Below, one piece after another: positions 46,872-54,479 of a DNA stretch of 64,000 nucleotides. Position 1 is the first letter of the stretch; each line of letters begins with the position of its first letter. Both the position numbers and the translations under genes were made by a program. Under the pieces are notes generated by a model. It did not search any database. It saw nothing but the letters and a program-made list of their open reading frames with translations, and was not told the DNA's origin. The DNA is from a virus (taxonomy: Duplodnaviria > Caudoviricetes). The DNA is taken from the IMG/VR virus record IMGVR_UViG_3300037780_000034, positions 96,001-160,000 of that record, one strand, 5' to 3'.

Positions 46872-47309
46872 ATGAATAATAAATGGGATTTAAGATTTTT
46901 AGAATTAGCAAAACATATTGCAGAATGGTCAAAAGACCCAAGCACAAAAGTTGGGTGTGTAATAGTAAGACCAGATAAAACTATTGCGTCTGTTGGTTAC
47001 AATGGATTTCCACGTGGTGTTAATGATGAACCAGAAAGATATAATAATCGTGAGATAAAATATCTTATGGTAAAACACGCAGAAGAGAATGCAGTATACA
47101 GTTCAAAAGAATCATTGACTGGATATACGGCGTATGTTACACACTATCCGTGTTCTAGTTGCACAGGAACACTAATACAAAATGGAATAAAAAGAATTGT
47201 AACACAAAAACCAGATGATAGTTTTGCTTCAAGGTTTCGTGATAGTTTTGAATCATCAAAAATAATGATTAATGAAACTGGTATAGAATTAGTTTTAATA
47301 GAAGATTAA
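46872..47309 (+). CDS. dCMP deaminase
   Basis: SKDPSTKVG, GYNGFPRG, HAEEN, PCSSC. Confidence 0.9.
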   Translation: MNNKWDLRFLELAKHIAEWSKDPSTKVGCVIVRPDKTIASVGYNGFPRGVNDEPERYNNREIKYLMVKHAEENAVYSSKESLTGYTAYVTHYPCSSCTGTLIQNGIKRIVTQKPDDSFASRFRDSFESSKIMINETGIELVLIED

Positions 47310-47311
47310 AT

Positions 47312-47396
47312 GGGCTAGTGTTGAAATAGGTAGACAATGCGCACTTAGAATGCGTTGCCGAAAGGCGTGGGGGTTCAAGTCCCTCCTAGCCTACCA
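47312..47396 (+). tRNA. tRNA-Leu(TAG)
   Basis: GCGCA-CTTAGAA-TGCGT; variable arm. Confidence 0.92.
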
Positions 47397-47415
47397 TTAT
47401 TGAAAGGATACAAAA

Positions 47416-47588
47416 TGAAAAACAAAATAAAAACACCTAAACCACGAAATGAATATGCAATTTCTGCAAGGTTTAGAACAGGTGCTGGTCCTATGCAAAA
47501 ATCTAAGAAAGCACAGAGACAACAAGATAAAATTGCTTTAAAGAAAAAAGGTAAAGACTACTTTAACAATAGAGAAACTATTCTTTAA
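47416..47588 (+). CDS. Small basic hypothetical protein
   Basis: KPRN.YA...GAG motif; start after the tRNA. Confidence 0.55.
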
Positions 47589-47735
47589 GTAGTCTTGTTT
47601 TATAATATATGAAAGGATATAATATGTTTACATTAATAGTAGGAATAGTAATTGGTGCTTTCATTGGTTGGAATTTTCCACAACCAGAGTTTGCTAGAAA
47701 TATTCAAAATAAGATAAAAAATATTCTAAAATAAT

Positions 47736-48509
47736 GCCACGGTAGCTCAGTCCGGTAGAGCATACAGGTTTGTAAAATAGTAAATATCTAAAAAGGATAT
47801 TTACTATGATTAGAAATAAAATAGAATGTAAAAAATGTGAAAGATTGATAAGTTTATCAAATCATAAAAGACATACACAATCCTGTAATGGCAAAAAAGT
47901 ATCTTCAAACAAAACTATTGAAGAAAATCATATTGATTGGAAAACAATACAAGAAGATTATGACAATGGATTAACATACCGTGGAATAACAGAAAAATAC
48001 AAAATATGTCAACAATCAATATCAAATGCGAGAAAAAAAGGTCTGTTAAAAACACGTTCTAAATCAGAAGCCTCTAAACTTTATTATAAAAATAATACAC
48101 CAAACATAATGAGCGATGAGGCCAGAAAAAGAATTTCTGAAAAAATGTCCGAACATAATCACGGCGGAAGAAGTAAATGGTTTGAGATAGATGGGAAGAA
48201 AGTCCAAGGAACTTGGGAGCTTAACTTTGCCAAATTTTGCAAAGAGAACAACATAGAATGGCAAAGATGCAAACCTTGGAAATATAAAATGGATAAAAAA
48301 ATAAGAAGCTATACACCAGACTTTTATATTCCAAGCAAAAAATTATTTATAGAAATAAAAGGTCATTGGTGGGGAGATGATAGAAGAAAAATGAACTGTG
48401 TAATAGAACAACATCCTGATAAAAACATTCTTATAATAGAAAAAGAGATATACGAACAGATGCTAGATGGAAAATTAGAATGGTGATTCGAATTCACATC
48501 GTGGCACCA
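47736..48509 (+). pseudogene. tRNA-Thr(TGT)-like gene split by an endonuclease gene
   Basis: 5' part GCCACGG...TTTGTAA (47736-47775); 3' part GTGA-TTCGAAT-TCAC-A-TCGTGGC-A-CCA (~48483-48509). Confidence 0.65.
47806..48486 (+). CDS. PD-(D/E)xK-type (TnsA/DUF559-like) putative homing endonuclease
   Basis: QGTWEL, YTPDFY, IEIKG; N-terminal Zn/HTH region. Confidence 0.7.
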   Translation: MIRNKIECKKCERLISLSNHKRHTQSCNGKKVSSNKTIEENHIDWKTIQEDYDNGLTYRGITEKYKICQQSISNARKKGLLKTRSKSEASKLYYKNNTPNIMSDEARKRISEKMSEHNHGGRSKWFEIDGKKVQGTWELNFAKFCKENNIEWQRCKPWKYKMDKKIRSYTPDFYIPSKKLFIEIKGHWWGDDRRKMNCVIEQHPDKNILIIEKEIYEQMLDGKLEW

Positions 48510-48512
48510 TAG

Positions 48513-48605
48513 TTTTATGATACACTGTCCGCAACAGGTCTTGATGGGGTAGCTTACGAGCAAGCCAAAGTGTAGGTGTAAGTCCTACCGCAGTGTATCA
48601 TAAAA
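48513..48605 (+). ncRNA. WCMGCAA-scaffold RNA with 15-bp stem and T-arm
   Basis: TTTTATGATACACTG/CAGTGTATCATAAAA; TCCGCAA; GTAGG-TGTAAGT-CCTAC. Confidence 0.55.
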
Positions 48606-48615
48606 ATATAAATAT

Positions 48616-48692
48616 TGTTCTGTAGCACAATTGGTTTAGTGCAGGCGACTGATAATCGTCAGATTCAAGTTCAAATCTTGACAGAACAACCA
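48616..48692 (+). tRNA. tRNA-Ile(GAT)
   Basis: GGCGA-CTGATAA-TCGTC. Confidence 0.92.
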
Positions 48693-48701
48693 ACAAATTT
48701 A

Positions 48702-48777
48702 TGGTAGAAGGGAAATTGGCGACCGACCGCACTTTGAATGCGTGTTATTGTAAGTTCGAATCTTACTCTACCAACCA
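48702..48777 (+). tRNA. tRNA-Gln(TTG)
   Basis: CGCA-CTTTGAA-TGCG; U1-A72. Confidence 0.85.
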
Positions 48778-48799
48778 ATATAAAGTAAAAATGAAATAC

Positions 48800-48884
48800 G
48801 GACAAGTGCCCGAGAGGACAAAGGGAACTGACTTTTAATCAGTCGCTATATGCTACGTGGGTTCGAATCCCACCTTGTTCACCA
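48800..48884 (+). tRNA. tRNA with Lys(TTT) anticodon on a Tyr-like type II body
   Basis: ACTGA-CTTTTAA-TCAGT; D arm CCCGAGAGGACAAAGGG; long variable arm. Confidence 0.85.
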
Positions 48885-48962
48885 AAATATGGTCGAATCA
48901 GATTGACATATACAGTCAACTATGCTATTGTATAGTATATTCAATGAAAGAAAGATATTACT

Positions 48963-49409
48963 ATGAAAATTGAATACCGTCAAGGCGATCTATTTAAAAC
49001 AGAGATTAAAACAATTGTTCACGGATGCAATGCGCAAGGTGTTATGGGGTCTGGGGTTGCGAATATAATTCGTGAACAATATCCAGAAGCATATGAGCGT
49101 TATCGTAATGAGTATGAAAAACATAATTATCTAAAGCTTGGTGATATCATATCAGTTCCTTGTAATTACAAGTTTATTGTAAACGCTATTACACAAGAGT
49201 ATTTTGGGCGTGACAATAAACGATATGTTAGCTATGATGCAGTAGATGACGTTATGGTAAAGTTAAATAAATTTTACGATATATACGGTATTTCAGAAAT
49301 TGCTATGCCAAAAATTGGTGCTGGTTTAGGAAATGGTTCTTGGGAAGTGATAGAAGCAATCATAGAGAATCGTCTTGACACCGTGAAACCAGTAGTGTAT
49401 ACTATGTGA
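48963..49409 (+). CDS. Macro domain ADP-ribosylhydrolase-like protein
   Basis: GDLF, HGCNAQGVMGSGVA, MPKIGAGLGNG.W. Confidence 0.88.
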   Translation: MKIEYRQGDLFKTEIKTIVHGCNAQGVMGSGVANIIREQYPEAYERYRNEYEKHNYLKLGDIISVPCNYKFIVNAITQEYFGRDNKRYVSYDAVDDVMVKLNKFYDIYGISEIAMPKIGAGLGNGSWEVIEAIIENRLDTVKPVVYTM

Positions 49410-49420
49410 TATGAAATAAT

Positions 49421-49497
49421 CTCCACGTAGCTCAACTGGACAGAGCGAGTGACTTCTAATCACTAGGTTGAGGGTTCGATTCCTTCCGTGGAGGCCA
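49421..49497 (+). tRNA. tRNA-Arg(TCT)
   Basis: AGTGA-CTTCTAA-TCACT. Confidence 0.93.
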
Positions 49498-49561
49498 TTT
49501 CTTATACTACCTTATACCCTACTAACAGGTATAAATACCTATGAACTAGGAGAATACTATA

Positions 49562-49957
49562 ATGAGCATTTCAAACCAAAAAGGTGATATAGGGGAAGCA
49601 CATTTTGTTTTAAGGGCTACTGAAAAGGGATATTGGACTGGAAAAATGCCACAAGACTGCCCTTATGATTTTGTATTGGATAGAGGAAAAGGATTAGAGC
49701 GTGTTCAGGTAAAATACAGGTCTAGTGCAAAAAAAGGTTCAATACAAATTAATTCCTTTAATTCAAGTCCGCAATCAAATAGAACATATAACGGTTTCGT
49801 TGATCAATTTGCAGTATATAACCCAGAAACATCAGAAGTATATCTTATTCCAGCTAATTTAGTAATGGAATCTGGTGCTTCTATTTTTAGAGTAGAATAT
49901 CCTAAAAATAATCAACTAAAAGGTGTAACTTTTCTTTCTGAATTCAAAGAATGGTAG
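49562..49957 (+). CDS. PD-(D/E)xK endonuclease (intron-associated PDDEXK_5-like)
   Basis: KGDIGE, YDFVLD, RVQVKY; TATAAATA at 49530. Confidence 0.75.
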   Translation: MSISNQKGDIGEAHFVLRATEKGYWTGKMPQDCPYDFVLDRGKGLERVQVKYRSSAKKGSIQINSFNSSPQSNRTYNGFVDQFAVYNPETSEVYLIPANLVMESGASIFRVEYPKNNQLKGVTFLSEFKEW

Positions 49958-49980
49958 TTCGAATCTTACTTGCAGCACCA
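49953..49980 (+). pseudogene. Orphan tRNA 3' fragment (T arm, acceptor strand, CCA) overlapping the endonuclease stop
   Basis: GTAG-TTCGAAT-CTTAC-TTGCAGC-A-CCA. Confidence 0.55.
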
Positions 49981-50096
49981 ATAAAAATATTGTATTGAAC
50001 CCCACTATTCATATGCTGAGTGTTTTAGACCTGACACTGTGAAGCGAATATGCGTTCAATACCTGCTAGGGGAATTGGTCCCTCCTAGTCAGTTTT

Positions 50097-50170
50097 GGCC
50101 CCTTGGTATATGGATATTACGCTCGGCTGTCTACCGGGAAAAACGGGTTTGAGTCCCGTAGGGGTCGCCA
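50097..50170 (+). tRNA. tRNA-Asp(GTC)
   Basis: CTCGG-CTGTCTA-CCGGG; G73. Confidence 0.9.
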
Positions 50171-50171
50171 A

Positions 50172-50575
50172 TATAGACTGTGACGTAATCGGCCCTTGTG
50201 AGGAACGCTCCCGTAACCAGTCGGGTTAAAGTTGCAAACAACCCAGTCTATAAAATAAAGTCCTATGTCCGACTTACCGATTTTGGTATTTTGGCTTAGG
50301 CACCAGTTTGATCTAGATACTTTTATTTTTGGAGCAAGAGTAGTCGTGTGTGATGATAAAAATGAAAGTCGTTTCAATGCTAGACAACATTCGGTTCAAG
50401 GACGTGCGAACCAGTATTATGACACCTGCACGTTGACCCTGAAACCAGTGTGCAGCATTATACGATGGGTAACAGTCTGGAGAGTGACAGACATATATGC
50501 GAAAAGGGTTTTTAGTAGTATGTGGTAATTCTTAAACCCTGAAATATCCATTAAGATCGTCGGTAGGCCACATAT
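50172..50575 (+). ncRNA. ~400-nt structured ncRNA region
   Basis: Several stems (ATAGACTG/CAGTCTAT, GGTTC/GAACC, CTGCAC/GTGCAG, AGGGTTT/AAACCCT) and a possible pseudoknot TATGTGG/CCACATA. Confidence 0.45.
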
Positions 50576-50577
50576 TT

Positions 50578-50652
50578 GGGGGATTGGTGAAATCAGGATC
50601 ACGTAGGTGTTGCATACCTAAATTATCGGGGCAGGTCCGATATCCTCCACCA
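50578..50652 (+). tRNA. tRNA-Ala(TGC) with atypical T-loop
   Basis: G3-U70, A73; TAGGT-GTTGCAT-ACCTA; T-loop GGCAGGT. Confidence 0.8.
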
Positions 50653-50812
50653 TATAAATAAAGGATATGTTATGATTGGTTTAATATTTTTATCATTTAG
50701 TCCATTGTTTTTGATAGCATCAAATGACTATTTTGGTAAAATTTCTTCTATAATTTGTGCTGTTATTGGCATAACCATAATAACTATATCTCTGTTAATG
50801 TAAGGAATAAAA

Positions 50813-51142
50813 ATGTCATATGAAAAACCACTTCCTAAACCATTATATCCGCCAGTTGACCAAGGTTCACTAAAAGCTTTTGAATATTACAAAGAATTTA
50901 TAGAATATCTTGGAGCAAAGCCGGTAAATCATACTGAAATAGAAAATGGTGATACCACAAGTTTAGAACATTTGTTATGGATGTGTAATCATTGTATACC
51001 AAGAATTCGTGATGATGGATTAGGATTTAATGTTTCTAAGTATTCACGATGGTTAGGATACATACAAGGTTGTTTAATTTGTAAAGGTTACACAAGTGTA
51101 GCACAAGAAAGAGACAGAACAAGAAACTTTTTTAATGAATAA
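50813..51142 (+). CDS. Hypothetical phage protein
   Basis: HLLWMC...KYSRWLGYIQG. Confidence 0.65.
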   Translation: MSYEKPLPKPLYPPVDQGSLKAFEYYKEFIEYLGAKPVNHTEIENGDTTSLEHLLWMCNHCIPRIRDDGLGFNVSKYSRWLGYIQGCLICKGYTSVAQERDRTRNFFNE

Positions 51143-51148
51143 TCTTTT

Positions 51149-51367
51149 TGGATCAGTTCAGCAAACAATATTTCCGTGAAAAGGACCGTGACGGTGGTGC
51201 AAATCCGCCCTTCCCCGCCACAGATACACTATGACAACATAGACGGGTTAATCGCCGTAGGAACGAAGCAGTTTCCAAACCAACGATAGGAAGAGTTTGT
51301 CGTCTTCTGTAGTGTATCTTTGACGGGGAAGTAGCTCAGTTAGTAGAGCAGGTAAAAAGTTGATCCA
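51149..51367 (+). tRNA. Circularly permuted tRNA-Phe(GAA) in WCMGCAA scaffold; linker holds another hairpin RNA
   Basis: 3' part 51174-51220, 5' part 51325-51353; rejoined 76 nt with stem GGTCC/GGACC. Confidence 0.75.
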
Positions 51368-51368
51368 G

Positions 51369-51656
51369 TTAATATAATAAAGAATCGTCTAGCCATCTTA
51401 TTACAGCGTGATCCAAAACAAGTTTAGCATCTTCAACTGATATATTAAACCATTCTCCACTTATTCTTTTGTAAGATATCTCACTATGTATTTTACTTTC
51501 CATAATTCTTGTTTTTTCATCTGGAATTTCAACATAATAATGAAGATAAAGTTTATCTGGATTTCCAGTTTGTAGGTTCTTTAGCCTACGATGTGGGTCT
51601 TTTGCAAACCCAATCTTTTGACGATTTTCATTGTTACCTATAATATAAATATACAT
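51369..51656 (-). CDS. GIY-YIG/T5orf172-family protein
   Basis: YIYII...KIGFAKDP.RRLK.LQTGNP...GEWF. Confidence 0.8.
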   Translation of the reverse strand: MYIYIIGNNENRQKIGFAKDPHRRLKNLQTGNPDKLYLHYYVEIPDEKTRIMESKIHSEISYKRISGEWFNISVEDAKLVLDHAVIRWLDDSLLY

Positions 51657-51680
51657 ATAACTATTTATGGAGATTAAAAA

Positions 51681-51854
51681 ATGGACTCACCGTTTAAAAC
51701 ACAATTTGACTTACCGCGTGCTGGATTAATTAGACAAGAATTAATTACATATGAAGATCGTGGTGGGGTAATATTTAAAATCACTACTATAAGAAATTTT
51801 CATAACGGCGACTATATAGATTCACAAACTATTGTCCCTATCGTAGAAAAATAA
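51681..51854 (+). CDS. Small hypothetical protein (not in ORF track)
   Basis: MDSPFKTQFDLPRAGLIRQELITYE...; GGAG RBS. Confidence 0.6.
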   Translation: MDSPFKTQFDLPRAGLIRQELITYEDRGGVIFKITTIRNFHNGDYIDSQTIVPIVEK

Positions 51855-51858
51855 CATT

Positions 51859-51944
51859 GCTGAAGTCCCATAGCGGCGATTGGAAAGGTTTTGTAATCCT
51901 TCGGTTAACACCCATCGTGAGTTCGAGTCTCACCTTCAGCACCA
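51859..51944 (+). tRNA. tRNA-Thr(TGT) with long variable arm
   Basis: GCTGAAG/CTTCAGC; loop TTTGTAA. Confidence 0.8.
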
Positions 51945-51967
51945 ATATACAATACAAAAATTATTTT

Positions 51968-52044
51968 CCCGACTTAGTGTTTAGCGGTTAGCACGGATGA
52001 TTGTGGATCATCAAGGCCAGATTCGAATTCTGGGGTCGGGACCA
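51968..52044 (+). tRNA. tRNA-His(GTG) lacking G-1, with A73
   Basis: GATGA-TTGTGGA-TCATC; T precedes C1. Confidence 0.9.
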
Positions 52045-52052
52045 AATATTAC

Positions 52053-52144
52053 GGAAGTATGGCAGAGTCTGGTTTATTGCATCTGCTTTGAACGCAGAAG
52101 AACGTGAAAGCGTTCCGTGGGTTCGAATCCTACTGCTTCCGCCA
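52053..52144 (+). tRNA. tRNA-Ser(TGA)
   Basis: TCTGC-TTTGAAC-GCAGA; long variable arm; G73. Confidence 0.92.
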
Positions 52145-52152
52145 AAATTTAT

Positions 52153-52241
52153 AGGGGTGCGCCAACGTTGGAGTGTTGGGCTGGTCTCCAAAACCAGTGT
52201 TTGAAAAAACTTAGTGAGTTCGAATCTCATCACCTTTGCCA
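52153..52241 (+). tRNA. tRNA-Trp(CCA) with long variable arm
   Basis: CTGGT-CTCCAAA-ACCAG; G73. Confidence 0.85.
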
Positions 52242-52261
52242 ATATAAAACTCAGGAAAATT

Positions 52262-52486
52262 ATGAAACAAAGATTACCATATGCAACAAGAAATCTTAAA
52301 AACTTTATAACCGCAGTATATCCACTTCTATTAGATGATAGATATATTGATATGACTGAAAGTCAATTTGTTAGTGAAGTTATGAAAAATAGTGGAGGAT
52401 CACTAAATCCAAAAACTATAATCTCAGTATATAATTCACTTATGAGTGATGCAGGGTTGGAGCCATTATATGAAAATCATAAATAA
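52262..52486 (+). CDS. Hypothetical protein
   Basis: MKNSGGSLNP motif; start after the tRNA. Confidence 0.55.
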   Translation: MKQRLPYATRNLKNFITAVYPLLLDDRYIDMTESQFVSEVMKNSGGSLNPKTIISVYNSLMSDAGLEPLYENHK

Positions 52487-52587
52487 TAAAAGATGGAAAA
52501 TACAATCTAAACAACAATTTGGCAATAAGATAACTTATATAATCAAATGTGTAGAATTTCCATCTGATATAAGAAGGATTTCTATTA

Positions 52588-52845
52588 ATGGATGGGAAAA
52601 ATACCCAGATGCCGACAGTTGACCAATTAGCAGAAATTGCTATGGAAAGTGAAATTACTGATCCAATAGATTGGGGAATGTTAGTTGTATCTGAAAAACA
52701 CGCATACAAAATGATGGCTTCATATGTGTTGGAAATGGCAGAAACACAAAAAAATAACAAACATTTTGATACTATATTGATGGCAACTATAACCAAGTTG
52801 CTTGTTGAAAATTTTGTATTAAATTTAAAAGTTAATAATAAATAA
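52588..52845 (+). CDS. Hypothetical phage protein
   Basis: AMESEITDPIDWGML motif. Confidence 0.65.
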   Translation: MDGKNTQMPTVDQLAEIAMESEITDPIDWGMLVVSEKHAYKMMASYVLEMAETQKNNKHFDTILMATITKLLVENFVLNLKVNNK

Positions 52846-52864
52846 TCTCTAAGGAGATTATAAT

Positions 52865-53143
52865 ATGAAATTAAAAGATTTTGCTATAATAAAAACCAGT
52901 TTTTCAGATGCAGATTTTTGGTTAGTCAGGCGTGGAAGTATTGATATGGTTGGAAAACCTGTTAAAAATTATGATCCAGAATACATCGGTGTTAAAGTAA
53001 CTAGTGATAAAATACTTCCAAATTTTTTATTTTATTGGTTTATGAATTTTCATAATACAGGATATTGGAAAACTGTTGCAACTGGAGCAACAAACCTTGT
53101 TAATATAAAAACAGAAGATGTTAAAAATATACCAGTAGGATAA
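52865..53143 (+). CDS. Small protein resembling a type I R-M HsdS target-recognition fragment
   Basis: ILPNFLFYWF...ATGATNLVNIK.EDV..IP. Confidence 0.5.
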   Translation: MKLKDFAIIKTSFSDADFWLVRRGSIDMVGKPVKNYDPEYIGVKVTSDKILPNFLFYWFMNFHNTGYWKTVATGATNLVNIKTEDVKNIPVG

Positions 53144-53148
53144 TTATA

Positions 53149-53574
53149 ATGAAAGAGTTAGATTTACTATATGATAGTGTAAGAATAAAATTAGGTCAAA
53201 AACAGAGAGACCCAGATTTAGATGATTTTATGGAAGAATACTATGAAATTACAAGTCCTCATCCTTTTGATAATGTAACACGTATTTTGGGTAATACTGC
53301 TGTTCATATTTCTCCTACAAGTGATAATGAAATTCATATTCACGATATACTGTCTTTGCTACCAAGAAGTGGTGCAGGAACAGATGCAATGAAAGAATTA
53401 ATTAACTTAAGTGATAAGTATGGAATTCCTCTTTCTGGGTTTGCAAAAGCATATCATAAAGATAAAAAATTTATAACTGATACTGATAAATTGTTAAACT
53501 GGTATAAAAAACTAGGATTTACTGTTGTAAACAAACACGAAGATGGTTATGAAATAAGGTATAGCAAATATTAA
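53149..53574 (+). CDS. GNAT-like acetyltransferase
   Basis: RSGAGTDAMKEL...WYKKLGF. Confidence 0.65.
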   Translation: MKELDLLYDSVRIKLGQKQRDPDLDDFMEEYYEITSPHPFDNVTRILGNTAVHISPTSDNEIHIHDILSLLPRSGAGTDAMKELINLSDKYGIPLSGFAKAYHKDKKFITDTDKLLNWYKKLGFTVVNKHEDGYEIRYSKY

Positions 53575-53607
53575 TTATTTCACTCACGTATCCCCCTTGA
53601 TTACGAA

Positions 53608-54276
53608 TCAAGACAAAGGTAACTGGATGGAAATATAAATTTGTGATATTTCTAATTCAATTATTTTTTTTTGTTCTTCTAATTTTTTAATTTTTTTATT
53701 TATATTATCCAACTTTTTTTCTAATAATAATTTTTCTTTTTTTTTATTTTCGTTTATCTTTTTATCATATGATTTCCAAGAAACAATTCTTTTTTTAATA
53801 TATCCATTTTCAAGGTATGTTTCAATTTCTTCTGGTTTTACCTTGCAGCAGTGGCGTTCTTTTATATTGCTCATCCAAATTGTCCCATATTGACTATTGC
53901 CTTTTCCTGTTTGCGATTCGGACATTATGATACCTATATTTTTTCTTGCTCTTTCATATAGTCTTGTATTGACATATCTTTTTTGTGAGGATGATGAAGA
54001 ATACATACAAGTGAATGCTCTTACAACCTTTTTCCATCCATAACTTCCTTCATTAAGCATTTTGCAAAGCAAGTAATGACATAAAAAATGTTCACGAGCA
54101 GTGAGAAGAACAAGATTATTATTTTCGTCGGAGCCTCCGAGAGATTTTGGAATTATATGATGATTTTCGTAATAAACGTATGATTTATGCGTTGACCTTC
54201 TTTTTATTCTTCCGTTGATTTTTGCATTTTGTATTATTTTATAATATAATTTTGTATACTTATTAGTTAAAAACAT
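53608..54276 (-). CDS. HNH homing endonuclease
   Basis: ENHHIIPKSLGGSD...LVLLTAREHFLCH; likely ATG at 54276. Confidence 0.8.
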   Translation of the reverse strand: MFLTNKYTKLYYKIIQNAKINGRIKRRSTHKSYVYYENHHIIPKSLGGSDENNNLVLLTAREHFLCHYLLCKMLNEGSYGWKKVVRAFTCMYSSSSSQKRYVNTRLYERARKNIGIIMSESQTGKGNSQYGTIWMSNIKERHCCKVKPEEIETYLENGYIKKRIVSWKSYDKKINENKKKEKLLLEKKLDNINKKIKKLEEQKKIIELEISQIYISIQLPLS

Positions 54277-54384
54277 ATTTACGAACCTCTTTTTTATTTT
54301 ATTTATAAAATTTATGGGTTCGCAGAATCCTTGAACACTATTGAATAGTTTGGTAATTTGGATGACGATAGAGGAACCAATAAA

Positions 54385-54476
54385 GGTCATATGACAGAGT
54401 GGTTGATTGTGCCTGATTGGAAATCAGGTGAACGTATAATAGCGTTCCATAGGTTCGAATCCTATTGTGACCGCCA
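54385..54476 (+). tRNA. tRNA-Ser(GGA)
   Basis: CCTGA-TTGGAAA-TCAGG; long variable arm. Confidence 0.92.
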
Positions 54477-54479
54477 TTA

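Noticed and set aside
41517-51367. Scaffold repeats as a CRISPR array
   Set aside because: Copies are dispersed, vary in sequence while keeping pairing, have tRNA-derived interiors, and no cas genes are present.
40712-52299. Track ORFs overlapping RNA genes (40712, 40886, 41265, 43341, 46027, 46621, 50117, 50265, 50417, 51988, 52001, 52117) and the 5' extensions at 46797, 47355 and 52214
   Set aside because: They are translations of tRNA/ncRNA sequence, lack RBSs and have no protein motifs.
44027-54276. Group I introns around the HNH and PD-(D/E)xK genes
   Set aside because: No recognisable P7/R/S elements, and flanks are too short; treated as free-standing endonucleases.
53575-54384. Interrupted tmRNA or tRNA-Sec flanking the minus-strand HNH gene
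   Set aside because: Only isolated hairpins (CTTGAT/ATCAAG, GGTTC/GAACC); no acceptor/CCA or tag frame could be assembled.
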